Assembly (NCBI GenBank): GCA_964057225.1
Contig: OZ059894.1
Location: 6,324,001 to 6,388,000, forward strand
Direction: 5' to 3'
Origin: Auanema rhodensis
Taxonomy: Eukaryota > Animalia > Nematoda
Length of the DNA: 64,000 nucleotides
The notes beneath the pieces were generated by a model, which was given only the letters and a program-made list of their open reading frames with translations, did not search any database and was not told the origin of the DNA. The first letter of the stretch is position 1, and each line of letters begins with the position of its first letter. Both the position numbers and the translations under genes were made by a program. Shown here piece by piece: positions 1-14,701 of the stretch.

Positions 1-278
1 CTACTTGGACTTCAACTGAACATACAACAGAAAATCCAATCGAGCTATCAACAGTGTCTGGTGCAGAGTACACACATCTCATCACACCCGATCCTACTCC
101 AACTCTAATGACTGCTGAACCTGTTATAACGTCCACCGAAATACCAATAGCTCCCACAATGCCTCTAGCTACAGAGAATCCGTTCTATGCTAATGCTTGC
201 TCAAAAACCTCATCATCAATCTATTCCATCATCTGTGAATTGAGCAAAGTTATAACAAATGGGACAAAGATATCTTGA
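1..278 (+). CDS. 3' end of a Thr/Pro/Ser-rich (mucin-like) protein, running in from the window edge
   Basis: Frame is open from position 3 (TWTSTEHTTENPIELST...PTPTLMTAEPVITSTEIPIAPT...KIS*) to TGA at 276-278. An AT-rich 3' UTR follows, with AATAAA at 408-413. Confidence 0.6.
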   Translation, partial: TWTSTEHTTENPIELSTVSGAEYTHLITPDPTPTLMTAEPVITSTEIPIAPTMPLATENPFYANACSKTSSSIYSIICELSKVITNGTKIS

Positions 279-677
279 ATATCTTAGTAGAATAAGATAT
301 GAAGCTGAGATTAAAGTTAAATTTATCACAAATTCATTTCTTTCAATTGATTGTTGTTGTTTTATTTTTGAATATTGTTTGTAAACAAAACATTTAATTT
401 ATTATTGAATAAAAATATTAAATATACAAAAATTTATTATATTATTATCAAAAAATATAATATTAATAGCTTCATATTATACCGTAAAATAATGAGATCA
501 TTTGGTTTGAGAGATTCATACAATGAGATAGTAATAGAAGAGTGATTGAGAGAAAGAGAGACAGACAGACAGAGAGAGGAAAAAGATATAGATTTAGATA
601 AGAAGTGACGACAAATACATTCAACGATAATATAAGGAGATCATTACTATAAATCTGTTCGAATCGTTTAGGCCATG

Positions 678-3600
678 TTAAAATTCTTTCATTTCTAGTA
701 TTTCAACACCTGTTGTTCTATCTGAAGTAGTTGATGAGGTCCTACTTGGTGTCGGCGCTGAGCTATCTGTTTTTATTGGCTGAATAAGAAAAATATTCTT
801 ATTCATCATCTTAATTTTAAAATATACCTGTGCATATTCATTTCCATATGTTCGAAAACGTACAGATTCCACTCGAGACCAATTATGACCTACTGTTGGA
901 GAACGTGAACGATCAGAAGAAATCTGAAAGAAATAAAATAATTGAAATGAACATAAATATCAAATCATACAGGAGTTCGTTGACCTTCTTTCAAAAGCAT
1001 AGTATCTTCAGGAAACATAGTTGTAACATCTTCCTCTTTAATTTCATCTTCTTCACGATTAACTGATCTAGTGTTAGCTAAAAAATGTTTTGAATTCTTT
1101 AAGCTTCTGTTATAAATGTCTACCAAAACTGCGATTAAGCTGTGAATAGCTCTTGGAACGATTCCATTGCTTTCGGCTTCCACAACAAGCTAAACGTCGG
1201 AATTCTGTCATACGAAAATAGCACAATGGTTGGCAAACAGAATGAACACCAATTAAAACCTAATTAGCATAATTATATAGTTAATATTGATAATATTTGT
1301 TATATAATACCTGTAGCCACCATCGAATGAAAGTACTACTGTGAGTGATTTGTAAAAAGCCATTGATATGCAAAAATGAGACTATCTATAAAAAATATTT
1401 TATTTCCTTTTTCCGTTTTTAATATATTTTTAAATCTGTGCATAAGTTTTATTTAAATATTTCTTATTGTTTCGAAGAAAAATCCACGTTTTACGTGAAA
1501 TATATTTTTGAATTTTTGATCATCATTTCATTTTTGTTAGGATGATCAGTCGGTTGCATACATACGAATGAACTTTTTACATTATTTTTTTTAAATAATG
1601 AAGTTGATTTTTAATTCTTTCATTCTATTCTTCGGACTGGAAAAAACTCACTTGAATCCCTGAATAAGGACATAAGAATAGAAGATCAACCATAAGAACG
1701 GATCCAATAACGTAGATATATTTGTGCCGTTGAACAGCTTGTAATTTAAATTTTTTGCTTCTTAAATACACAAAATCATGACATTTAATGCATTTTTGCG
1801 GGAAAAAAATAATATCAAACCTGCTTCCATTTGCAGCGCCATTTGAGCAATTAGAGTTTGTTCCATTGATAGTTCGATGAACTCGATTACTTCCGTTGTT
1901 ATGTCTGTGGCTATCTTCAGTATTCATTGAACCATTTTCATCTTTGAATTTGCGAATTGTTCGTAGAATGAACCCGTAACAGATCTGAACATATATCAAT
2001 ATCAATTTGTTTTTTTTACAATTTTAAATAAAGCTCATAAACAACATTCGAACTCAGAGTCTAAAACAGGGAAGAAGAGATTAGTTAACGAGCAGACAAG
2101 ATAACAAAGTAAAAGCTTTTTTTTGAGTTTTTTCAAAAAAGTTAAATCAAAATGAACATTTTCATGTCAATAATTGAATATTATTCTCGTAACCTTATAA
2201 ATATCTGAATATGAGAAGAAATACCAAAACGATATCGGTGTAGTGAATCTTTTGTTAATTTTCATTCATAAAATATTCAGAAATTAATGAATAGAAGACG
2301 AATAAAAATAAAGAAAAATGTTAAATATTAAAGGAAACATACCATGACAGCAAAAAGAACCAAAACACATAAAACTGATATAGTTAACATACTTAAAGTA
2401 GCTACATCAATATGCCAGACATCATCTAAAATCAAATTATATTTTAGAAAATATGTTTCTATATCTAACCTGATGATGTAGCAAAATTAAGTGATTGTTT
2501 CGGAAATAGTAAACCCATTCCCATAATAATACTGACAATCCAGCTATAATAATGATTATTATCATATATACTATATGTATATAAGTCTAAAAACGTACCA
2601 ACAGCATAATATAACAAGAACAACACGTCGTCGGAAATATCGTCGATAATGTAATGGATAAGTTATAACAATGAATTCATTCATTGTAAAGACAAGCAAA
2701 TTAAAAATTGTTAACAAATTGCAAATTCTCAATATGACTAATGCAAATGCTGATGCCTAAAAAGAATTTTTATTTAATTTTAAGTTTTATAAAATATTTT
2801 ATTTTTGATTTAATATATAGTTAATTTGAGTAAAATGTTCTTTCTTCTATGATTTGAATTCAAATTTTGAATAAAAATAAAATAATTTAAAAGTCTTTTC
2901 TTTATTTAAAAATCATTTTATTATGTGGATATAATACTCGTTTCAGAAAGTGCAACAGGAAGAGGAAAATGCAGAAAAGAGAATATGAGGTGAAAGGTAA
3001 TGTAAAGAGGAGGATGCAGAGATTCTCTGCTTGAGTGTATGAAAGCTCAAAATATTTATCTAAATTTATCAGAAAATTCCTTGATTGTTTCCAATTCTTA
3101 TTACTTTTCTTGTATTTTTTTTAATCTTTTACTTTCGCAACAGAATTCTAACCCAATATTTGGATATTCGTCTTAAATTTCCATTAATTAGATATGTATT
3201 CAAACGAATAACTTATTTCTTTTATTCTATTTTTAGTAAAATAGAGAGAAAGAAAAAAAATTTCCTCGTTAACATCCTGCAACTCATAAATTCAAAAAAA
3301 TGTTTGGTTAACCCTTATTAATGAAAAGTTCATAAACTAAAATTGAAAACTAAAACTTTGAGATGTAGATAGTAATGAAAATTAGGCTGAGAGAAAGAGA
3401 AAGAGAGAGAAAGAGAGAGAGAGCGAGCGAGAGAGCAAAAGAAAAACAGAAGAAGAGAAAGAGAGACTGAAGACTTCATTAGTTTTCTAATAATTTTTTT
3501 TTATTTCAGAAAAGTTTTAATTGAGCTTTCAAAGTTCAATATCAATATTTGCCATTTTTAATGCTAATGAGACGATTCTAAATAAGATTCTACTTAATTT

Positions 3601-4897
3601 TATGGAAACAAAGTTTAAAAAATTCGGAATAAACAATCATTTTCAGTATTCGTACTCAAATCAACCTTTTTTTATTAAATATAAAATTGATTTAATGTAT
3701 TTATTGTTGTTGAAAAATAGTACGAGTTGTACACTTTGTATAAATATTTCTTAAGATTCAAATATACTAATTTATGTTGAAATTATTATAAAAATTATAT
3801 GAACTAACCCTGAATAAGATAACATTAGTTGTTAATTGTAATGTTGAATCCATCATTCTATATATGGATTGAGCTAATGATGGCAGACCGTATATAACAA
3901 GGCATGATCCTCGTGCAACATCCAGAATTGCACAATGTAGTACGATGACATAGAATACATTCATCAACACACGTTGCCGATTCCTAAAAATATTTTTATT
4001 AGAATATAAAGAAAATAATTTAGTTCAATCATTATATCGCATAATTATGATTATTTTGTAGTCATATTTCTTATAATGGAATGTTTGTGTATTGAAAATA
4101 AGTCTTCCATTTACCAGTTTTCGACTTTCTCCATGACTTTCCCTTCTCTGCGATAGTTAAATCTTTTTAAAATTTAATAAACATTAGTGTGTTGAAGCAA
4201 TAGGAAGTATTTGAGAAAAAATAAGAAAAACATTGACTGAGAACATTGCAAAATCATGCTTCATTCAAGCATTTTGACTTGATTCTCTGTAGAAATTATA
4301 TTCTGAGAAATTGCAAACATATTGTGACATTTGCTTTGATGATAGATATGCATATGACTATTCACAATTAAAAAAAAAAAGATTTTTTGAATTTTAATTG
4401 AAATTTTGAATTAGATTATAAGAAAATAATATAAATTACATAAGACAATATATCTTTAGATTTAATATAATATATATGAAATGACATACATATAGATGAT
4501 GTATAAGCCTAAAGCATGTGATGTTGCGAATAAACGTTTAATAAATTTAATTATTATTTCTTATTTCTATAGAATATACATATGTATGTAAAGAAATTAA
4601 ATTATAATACTTTCAATTTTATAAGATTAAACAAGGAAAAACGTTATTTTGAACTGTATATAATCAATGAAATCTAATCATATATCACATTCAAATATTA
4701 TTATATGAATTTAATATGAATAAGAAAAAATTTAAAATTTAATTTTTTATATTATAAAAATAATAATAATAATATTAAATTATTCTAATTAAAATATAAA
4801 TAAAAAACTACCTGACTAGTGCAATAATAACGAATACATTAAGAATTACAGACAATAATCCAAGATGAGTACACATATAAACTGCTGTTGACGCCAT
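678..4897 (-). CDS. Multi-exon (about 12 exons) rhodopsin-class 7TM GPCR, resembling the nematode AEX-2/AEXR-type neuropeptide receptors
   Basis: GT-AG exons splice in frame: MASTAVYMCTHLGLLSVILNVFVIIALVR (TM1, about 4812-4897) / NRQRVLMNVFYVIVLHCAILDVARG (TM2) / LRICNLLTIFNLLVFTMNEFIVITYPLHYRRYF (TM3-ICL2) / WIVSIIMG (TM4) / LSMLTISVLCVLVLFAVM-ICYGFILRTIRKF (TM5) / KYIYVIGSVLMVDLLFLCPYSGIQ (TM6) / VLIGVHSVCQPLCYFRMTEFRR (TM7). Stop TAA at 678-680. The ATG directly follows a TTACAG acceptor, so an upstream exon or trans-splice site is possible. The subfamily call is from memory and tentative. Confidence 0.85.
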
Positions 4898-4940
4898 CTG
4901 TAAGAAGCAACTTGAATGAAAATGAAAACTGTATTGATAT

Positions 4941-4960
4941 ATGTATATATATACATATAT

Positions 4961-4993
<33 letters not shown>
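4941..4993. repeat. (TA)n/(AG)n microsatellite
   Basis: Read directly from the sequence. Confidence 0.9.
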
Positions 4994-4998
<5 letters not shown>

Positions 4999-5316
4999 AT
5001 TATCTATGAGATCAATGATATGTGCAATTTGTGTATTGTTTGACGTAATCTCAAAAAAATGAACGAAAAGAAAACGAGCTTTGAACAAGTTGAAGAGGTA
5101 AGTGTTAGTTGAAAAATGAAAAAATTAAACAACGAAAGCAACCATCTATTCCATCTAAACAGACAAAGACTGACGTTCATGTCCTATATGAACTTCACTC
5201 AAAATTAGAATATACATGGAAATCAAAGAATTGCTTTGATTTAGTTCAGGACTAGTAGACCAACGAACATACATAAAGGCAGACGAAATGAATTTCAGTT
5301 GCAACATAGAAGTACA

Positions 5317-5317
5317 G

Positions 5318-5356
<39 letters not shown>

Positions 5357-5378
5357 AATATATATATATACACATATA
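5317..5378. repeat. (CA)n(TA)n compound microsatellite
   Basis: Read directly from the sequence. Confidence 0.9.
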
Positions 5379-6797
5379 TGAATGTTCTCTGGACACTCCC
5401 ACCGCTTCATTCCTTTTCCGTCTTCCTTGTCCTGTCTATCTCTTTCTACTCTTCAACGCTCACATTTTTCTATGAAATCAGATTTTTTGATTCCAGAGTC
5501 TTCCTGGAACATTATGAATACTTTATTTTGTCGGAGGCGATAAAGAATCAACAAACAGAATTGAACATGAGAGGAAGTGATTATGTTACTTCTGTTAACA
5601 TCTACATACATACATCATCAATCAACTTACTAAACGATTTTGTTAATAAAACAAAAAAAAAAAGGAATTTACAAGTGTTATTCAGGTTAAAAAGCAGAAA
5701 AACAGTTTCTATGAGAAATAATACGTATCCATCAAGCATAGCAACAAAACATAAAAAGACCAACCACATAGGTCTTTCAGTTATTCATATGTATACATCT
5801 AATGCTGATTTTTCAATTCAAAATATTTTTTTTATAATTGTCAAACAATAAAAATTGAGTTAAAAGCAAAAAAAAGCATAAAAAAAGGAAAATTGAGTAA
5901 ATGAAAAACGTTGAAAAGTAGTTAGTTATAGAAAATTATTTTGGATTTAAGGAGTAGGGATGGAGTGTACATTGTAATTGGACATCACATTAGAAATGCC
6001 CTGAAGCATATCAAACGTGTGTTTGCTTATTATGTTTATGAACAAGAGATAATCATAATTGATGATCATCTTTCAAACAAAAAAATTGACAAAACTTCAA
6101 CGAACTTAAGTACGTAAGTAAGAGGTTTGATGTACAACCTCTGCTATTCTTATTTTTTTTATTTATAAATAGAAAAATTATGAGTATTTTTAATATACAT
6201 AAACAATAATTTTTTTTTTATTCAAAAGATTTTTAAAAAATATATTTTTCTTTAAAATTATGACACATTTTCTTTTGTTTTTCATCAAAATTATTTAGGT
6301 TTTCGTTCATATAATATGATGATATAGGTGTTTGAATAGACCTTTTCATAGTTTAAGATATTCTAAACGATTTTCTTGAGAAAATTTTGAAAATATGAGC
6401 TTTTAGTGTTTTCTAACTTCTTCGAGACTTTGTAGAATCTTGAAGAAGAGAGTACCAGTTGTCAGACACAAATGCATGTGTTTGCTTCAATTTCTTTGTT
6501 TTTTTTTGCGAGAAAAAAAAGACAAATGAAATTAATTTTCTTAGTTCACTCACTCATATATGTATTTGTTTTTTGGGAAAGTTCGAGCAATGATTGCTAT
6601 ATGTATATTGGATAATATGAACGGTATTAGGCTAATATATTTCAATTTATAATTTTTATTATAGATAAGTATACTCAGAAAATGAGTTATGAATAAAGTA
6701 ATTCATTTTTTATTTCACTTTGTCTTTCTTAAACAAGTTAAGTAAGACACATGTACACATGATTTTTCATATCAATGTTGTATATATTCTTTCTTTT

Positions 6798-6800
<3 letters not shown>

Positions 6801-6850
<50 letters not shown>
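6801..6850. repeat. (TC)n microsatellite
   Basis: Read directly from the sequence. Confidence 0.95.
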
Positions 6851-6851
<1 letters not shown>

Positions 6852-7321
6852 CTATTTTCTAGATTTTTTCTTTCTTAGTCTTCATTCCATTTTTCGGAAT
6901 CTCATTGACTTAACGTACAGCCAAAAGAGAAATCAGGCACTTTGATTCACTTAAAGATAGACCCTCTCATACTCATCGTCGCATGTGTCAAATCTAATAA
7001 GATTCAGAAGGGCCAACGTCGATTGCTACGTCAGCTTATTCTAGTGCATTGTCTTCTCAAATGGAGAATTCAAATTTAAAAGCAAATACGAGAAAAAGTT
7101 GAAGAGTGTCATGTTGAAAACGAAGTTGAGAAAGGTTCAAAATTCAAGTTTCAATTCCTGTTAGTTGTCTTTCAGATTGTTCGGATTTCTTTAAAAATCT
7201 CATTTGATCTGACTCAAAAGAAACATGAGTTTCTTTTCAAGGACAAATCCGAGAAATTCAATTTTTCGACAGGAAGTCACTGTATTCTATCAGCCAATAT
7301 ATGTATATGAATAATATGTAA

Positions 7322-7357
7322 AAAGTTTTACAAAGTTTTACAAAGTTTTACAAAGTT
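7322..7357. repeat. 10-bp minisatellite (AAAGTTTTAC) x about 3.5
   Basis: aaagttttac aaagttttac aaagttttac aaagtt. Confidence 0.9.
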
Positions 7358-9212
7358 AATATTATAAGTGATAAGCTAAGCTCTTTAAAAAAAAAGAATT
7401 GATGATCAAATGAGCTAAAATTAAAATAAAAAATATGAAATAAGCGTAGAGTCTCTAGCAAATGGAGCAAGAAGATGAAATAGAAAAACAGGGGGGCAAT
7501 GTAACACAAACAAAGAGTTCTATATCATGCTGCTGTTCCATCAGTTTTTCTCTCCATTTCCGTCTACCAATGAGTTAGGAAAATAAGAAAAAGAAAAAAA
7601 TATTAAAATAAAATATATTTGAGATATACAAGGAAGTTTTTTTTCTGATTTTAAACGATTGAACTATTACTTGAATTAAGAAAACGATAAGAAAACAGAA
7701 AAGTTCGTGAGAATGTTACATTTACTTTCAATGCTGAAGTTTTGAAAACGAACTTTCAAATCAAACTTTCAAATGACGTTCGAAATTACGTACTTATATA
7801 GAAATTTCTGGCAGAGAAGAGTGAGAGCTTAAAAGAATATTTTTGAAGATCAAGTAAGTTTTACTTGTCGAGTTGAAGATGAGCAGCACATGGAAAAGCA
7901 GCCGATCTGATGGATTGAGCTGAGTAAAATGACGACACGCCTCCACGTAAATTCATTCACGTCGCTACAACTCTAAGTGTCAGCTTATTCTGATTTGAGA
8001 ACATCAGCCAGAGAAAACGAAAGCAAATAAAGAATGGAAGGTAATGATATAAGGAGAAAAAAGAAAAAGAAAAGAAAAAAAGTTTTTATGCTTTTGCAAA
8101 GCATTCTTAGCATATTGTCTTCGCAACTTGGATTTTATAATTTATTGTTGTATGAATTATCAAAATAAAATTCTGAATTTTCAGCTTCACATGAATACAT
8201 ATATAATATAAGATGAGTATGCTAATCCTATGAGATTTGAACAACCAAAAACTACAATCTCTATTGTTTTGTGTTTCTAACACATATTATATCATATATC
8301 TAATCTATCTTCTTGAACTTTATGAATGATTTTGATTTTTTTCGGAAACAACTGAAAGAATCCTTCAATACAATTATCAATTTTTCAAACATTAATTGTA
8401 CTTCTTTTGAATTTTTATAAACAATGATAGGACTGACTTCTGAGTTTTAATCTTGCGGAATCCATCAGAGCAATGAAGCTCATGTTCAATTGTTTCAATT
8501 ATTCATTCTCAGTAGTCTCTTCAACTATATCTCATTTCGACTTTTTCAAGCTTGAAATCCAATAATGAAAATGATCGGATTGGCGAGAATAATCGAGAAA
8601 TGCAAAACAAAAGCCTATTTTTTGTATTTTAAGACCAAATGTTATACTCTTCACATGTACATATGAATTTTATATATTATACATGCATATGTATATCATT
8701 AACCTTAGCATTATACATATAGTTAAAATCAAAAAAGATCTTTTGTACTATATGAATATACATATACTTATCATGACTAACAAATTTTTTTTTCAAAAAT
8801 CAAATAACGTATGGTTAAGTAAAATAAGTTTTTTTTTAAATTATACATACTTATATATTTATATATAAAATAAAAATAATTTTGAGAATTTCAAATTTCA
8901 TGTTTTTCAAATGAAAATAAAATTATTATATTTAGATATTTAATTGAGATGTATATATAAAAGAAACTTTTAATATGAATGTTTATCAGTTTTTTTTCTT
9001 CTTTTCTTTTCAATTCATTTCATTTATATAACTTATATTTGTATAGAGTTTAACTTAAAAAAAATATTTTTTTTAAAATAAAATATCGTAGAACATTGAA
9101 CATAGTTTTGATAACGTTTTGTTCATGATATTTGTAATGTGGAAAAACGAAATATTATTAGTTTCTTCATAATAAATTTCAGTATTGTATTGCATATAAA
9201 TTCTTAAAAAGA

Positions 9213-9293
9213 AGAGAGAGAGAAAGATAGAGAGAGAGAGAGATAGAGAGAGAGAAAGGTGTGAATGACTGAGTGTGTGTGTGTGTGTGTGTG
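9213..9293. repeat. (AG)n and (GT)n microsatellites
   Basis: Read directly from the sequence. Confidence 0.9.
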
Positions 9294-12200
9294 TTTGACA
9301 AGCATTTACTAAAGATAATTTGAATCAGTTCGGAACAAAATAATTTATAATCATATATTGCCGTATGACTTGTGCTTGCCAATTTATGAAAAAAAATAAA
9401 AATTAAGCTTCATTCAAAGATATAGGAAAGCTGTTATTAGAAATACATCTATCTATCATGAAAGGTGTATATCAAAATAAGATTTCTTTTCTTTTTTTTC
9501 TTTAGATAATTTTGCAAGCTAACTATACAAAAATAAAATAGTTCTTTTATTTAAATGAATTATACAATATAAAAAATTAAATTTAGGCTCTATTTCAAAC
9601 TTCAGGAGAGACAGGAAGGAAAGAAAGAGAGAAGTATCTTAATTAGTTCATAAACTGAGTAACTATATATTCGTATTTTCGAATAAAAAATATTAAAAAA
9701 ATAAAATAAAATGAATAACGAAGAAATTAAATTGTTAAATTTAAGCACATATTTAATACAAGTGCAAGATGAGACCGCAGAGGCACAGAAAACAATAACA
9801 ATATAGAAAACAAAGCAATAGCTTTGAAACCAATTGTGAGTAAATAACGTTTTTCCTCTCTCTCTTTTTCTCAATATTCTTCTCTTAATAGTTTTTACTT
9901 CTGTTCTCATTGTACTGTTCTCTCTTTTTGAAAAAAAGGAAGTAATGAAAAGCCGAGGTTATGTTGTCATGTGGGAGAGGCTATAAAGCAATTGAAACGA
10001 GGAACGGATATTCTTGAGAATAAAAAAAACCTTTTTTCTTTTTTTAAATTTGAATAAGTTGTGATATATAATATGAAATTGACCTTTAATGTCAACGATA
10101 AAAATCGATGTTAACGAAAAAATTAATTATTCAAACACGATTTTTGGTAGATAAGATTTTTCGATTTTTAATGGAAAAAAAGAAAAAGAAGAAGAAGAAG
10201 AAGAAAGAGGATTATACGTGAAAAAAAATGAAAAAATATATGAAACGATAATGGTTAACATCCGAATAGATGTATATGTTCATTATTCAGAATCGGTACG
10301 ATAATCAATAATGAATTGAATTTGCTAATCGCATTATTAAGATTATTGTTTCCTATAGTAAGAAATTATTTCGAAAATGCAAAACTAGATGTGAACTTAA
10401 GCAAAATATATTTTCAATTTTAAAAATTTCTCCTTTTACAGGTGATGATGTAAAATATTCTGTTTTGTGTAAAATATGTTTCTAAATATAAACTTATTGA
10501 ACCTAAAGCTAAGTTCTATTTTAAAAATACTTTTAGAAAATTTTGAAATGTACTCAAATTCATTTTCAGTCTATATTTGGGTTTCTTAGATACTCTGAAA
10601 GAAATACTAACCTCTGAAAGACACATTTTCATGGGAAATATCATTAACTACATAGCTTTGAGTATTAATTTTGTATTGTAAAAGTATTCTTACGTACTTT
10701 GTCTCATCAAAAGAAAAAATGATAATTTTCATGAAAAGTATTTCTGAAGAATTTTTTTCTTCTCTTTAAAATTAAAAAAAAACTTAAATTTGGTTCGAGA
10801 AATTAGAAGATATTGCTATAACTCGTAGTACTCAAAGCTATGGAGTTAATTATATTACCCATGTTATTGACCAACAACACTAAAGCAATTGAACATCAAA
10901 GTTATCAAGATCTAATTCAACCCCAATGATGTTGTAATTAAAAGAATCGGTCAATCCGAGCTTATTGACTGAGTGAATTGGGTAAATAATACAAATATAA
11001 GAAAAGCTCCTGAAAAATTAGAAATGTGAAAATGAATTTGCTTTCAGAAATTTATTCAATTACTATATTTTTTTCATTGACAGAATTAGGCATTATGCCA
11101 AAAAATTCGAAGCATTTACGAGAAAAATTACAAAATAAGTTGGATAGTAACAAAGATTTTAAAGCATTTTCACTATAATATACTTCAACTTTTGAACCTT
11201 GTTAAGAACTGTGCTTACGATTATCTTAGGAGAAGATTCATTGTTTAAAGAGGATAATATGAACCCTTTCAGATTTGTATAAGAAGTACTAAATATATTT
11301 GAAGAACAGCAAAGAAAAACTTTGTTATCATGTATGAAAAATGAAACTGTTGCTTTCTAAGACGGAAGTTGTCGTTTAGTGAATGAAAAATTGAAGATGT
11401 AAGCCCTGACATCTAGAATTTATTTTTATGATTTTTACATGTTGAAACCGAAAAACGTGTAAAAACTTCACCATATCTTGGCTTTTTTAAAGAATAGCTG
11501 GAAATTTACTGGAATTAGAATGAACCAAAAACTTTTTTAATTTTAATAAAACATTAAATGAAACGTTTTAATGATTTCCACCATCTGTAGTTGAAATAAC
11601 TTAACGATTAAGAAGATTGAATTCAAATTTGAGATTTGAATTTTGTTTGAAATCGATAAATCGAATTCGTTGATGTTGTTAAAGTCTTTACAAATTTCAT
11701 ATAAAATACTGTGTGTAGATGTAGGTATAGGTTTGTGTTACATTCAGCTAAAACGGCTATTCTGGAAAATGTACGAAAACTAAGAAGATTTGAAATGATG
11801 TAGCGTCCAAATAGGATAAGATAATGTACTGAAGTTGAGCTATCTAAGGGTAATATAACAAGGAATTGTGAAGACAAAGCTGTAATCATGAAATAGAGTA
11901 ATATAAACAGATATAATCAAAAAACGAATATGTTGATTGTATTTCTTCTACTCCAACAATTTGTTTTTTAACGACCGTAAGTCAGCCTTCTGATGTGTTT
12001 TTCTCTGTTATCATGAAATATGCAATGTATTGGATATATAATTGAATCTGTATCCAAGTTATTTCCTCAATTTCTTAGCTTAAAGGATATACAAAGTCAT
12101 TTTTCACTTCACATCACAGCTATAATCATTAACAAATCATTTGTAATCTGAGAAAATATAACAGAAAAAAGCTAACGTTACTTTCATTTTCTTCAAGTAA

Positions 12201-14606
12201 AAATCAACAAATATTTATTGAAGATTGAATAAGTGTTCTTTTGAGAATATGTTTGTACATATGGATAAAAGATGTTTATATTTATTGATGTAAAAAAGTA
12301 GAAATGTGCCTCCCAAAAAAACATTTTCAAGATTCGTTTCTATAACGCTCTCTCATAAACATACTCAAACTTAATATAAATGGGTTGCTTGGTCAAGCTG
12401 CTAAACCACCAAAGTATTTGTTGCATCTTTCTCATCATTTTTCTTCTTCTCATTTCTCATCAACGTTTACGATGATGAGTTTGATGCTGATGATGCTGCT
12501 GATGAGGATGATGATGGGATGATGATAGCAAATCGGGCTGGAGAAGTCATAGTAGGTCATGAGTTGATGATGCCATTGAGAGAAAGAGAAGGAAACGGGA
12601 AGCAAATGATGAGCATAAATGGGAAAAAAAAAGAGGAAAAAACGTAATTCTATATTTATATCTCATGAACCATTAGATCAACATTTTTTTTCAAATTTAA
12701 GGAAGTGAGAAAATTTAGGGAAACGCTCGTTGGAAAAAATGCATTTCTTTAGCTTTTGCAACACAACCATCTGCAGCAACAGCATCTACATTGAATCGCA
12801 ATATCATTATTTCAAAATAAAAATTTTCAAAACAATAAATGAATGTTTTAGCTTTAACATCATCATAACCGAACATCAATCCAGAATAAAGTGAAAATAA
12901 CATATGGAGATGCTTAAGTATTTCTTATGTTCTCAGCACCTGATGAGTTAAGAAATCTCGTCAGGCATCCTCCGCTGATTCAATTTTTCTTCCGGCTTAA
13001 GTTCGGAAAAGACATCAAACGTTGAAATTTTGAATGATGATGATGATGATGGCGATGATGCAGAAGCAGGCGAGCAGGAGGCTCATCGATCTCAATAGTT
13101 ATCATTTTCATCCGAAATCTGAACTTCAAGTTCCAACTTGAGACTACATAAATGAAAAATCCAGAAATGTAATATTTGCTTTGATAGAGTTGATTATTAG
13201 AAGAAGAAACAAATAAGGAAATTGGTTGTTCTGTCATTGAAGATATTTAGGAGTGGAAAACGGAGGGAGGATTTGTGAAACTCTTTCCAAGAAAGCACAC
13301 TTGTTGTTCTATAACGTCTTTAACAAAACATTCTAAATCTATTCAAAGTGACAACTATGTCCATTATCGTTTTCAAAAAAAAAAGAAAAAGAAAACGTTC
13401 AGTAAAGATTGTTAAACACAATCATTTCATCCACCAAATAAACTAAAAGATCCAGAAAAATGTTTTTTAAATGATTGCGGTTGTTGCTTTTAATAAGAAT
13501 ATTTATATTCAACATCCGAATCATATAAATTGGTGGGGAAATCTGAATGATTTCAATTGATGTTCGAACATTTCATACTTCTTCTGATCATTTCCGCAAT
13601 TTTTAATGAAATGCTAAGAGCGGAAGCGAACATCATCGCCCTTCACCTTTTGTTCCTGAATTTCTAAGTTTTTTTTCAGACAGGTGTATCAGGCAATTCT
13701 AGGAAGTAAAAGATTCATGTTGGAACGTACCATCAGCAATCACTAGATGATGAATATGAAATTTAAACGATCATCAGCTGACTTTCGTTTACAATTTACT
13801 TGAGAAACATAGAAGGGCACAACTTTGAAAAGATATTACTACGACTTCAAAATTAAATTTATCTAAAGACGTTATTTGAAAAAAAAAAGAAAAAAAAAGA
13901 TACAACATTGAATAATCATATGTAAAGAGCAATATACTATAATAATACGAGAATAAATATAAAAAGTACTATTGTCCAGAAAAAATATATAAAAATAATC
14001 TTTATCATTTGTATAATCACATTTTATTCCCTGGAGTTGATGATTGAACATAAAATGAAGTAGATGAAGAAAACATTCAGCAAAATATAAGAAAAATTAA
14101 ATTTTCAACATTAAAGTTTCCATATTAAAGGTTTTACCATCAATTTCATTGTTTTTCACGTACTTTATTTTATTTTTACTTTATTCTAATCACTAGTTTC
14201 CGTGAAAGACGTTCATTATTTTTTTTTACAGATCATCACACTTAAACGGTTGTTTTATTTTTTTTTTTTGGTCATTGAATGTTTTTTTAATTTATTTTTA
14301 TATCATTTCTTAAATTCATTTCATCAAACAAAAATGTGACTAAAAAAGAAAAATACCAAAAAAAAAGTTTTTTTGTTTAAATTAACGTTCATTATCAACA
14401 TATTCATGTTGATCTTATTGAACATTGAAAATAAATTTATATACAGTGTTTATTTAATCTCGTAATACTTTTTTCTTAAAACCTTTTTAGATTGTGAGAA
14501 GTGTTAATGCTTATCCAATAGTACTAACCTCCTTAACTAGTATATTGGCACTATGTTTACAATCTACCTCACAGAATTTCACTTTATATTCGATCACATC
14601 CAGATA

Positions 14607-14637
14607 CTCTCTCTCTCTCTCTTATTTTATCTTTCTT

Positions 14638-14701
<64 letters not shown>
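14607..14701. repeat. Interrupted (CT)n microsatellite
   Basis: Read directly from the sequence. Confidence 0.9.

Noticed and set aside
12939-12965. Hairpin CCTGATGAG-N9-CTCGTCAGG containing CTGATGAG...GAAA (hammerhead-like)
   Set aside because: Stem II and stems I/III of a hammerhead cannot be formed. The satellite monomer also lacks a CUGANGA/GAAA core.
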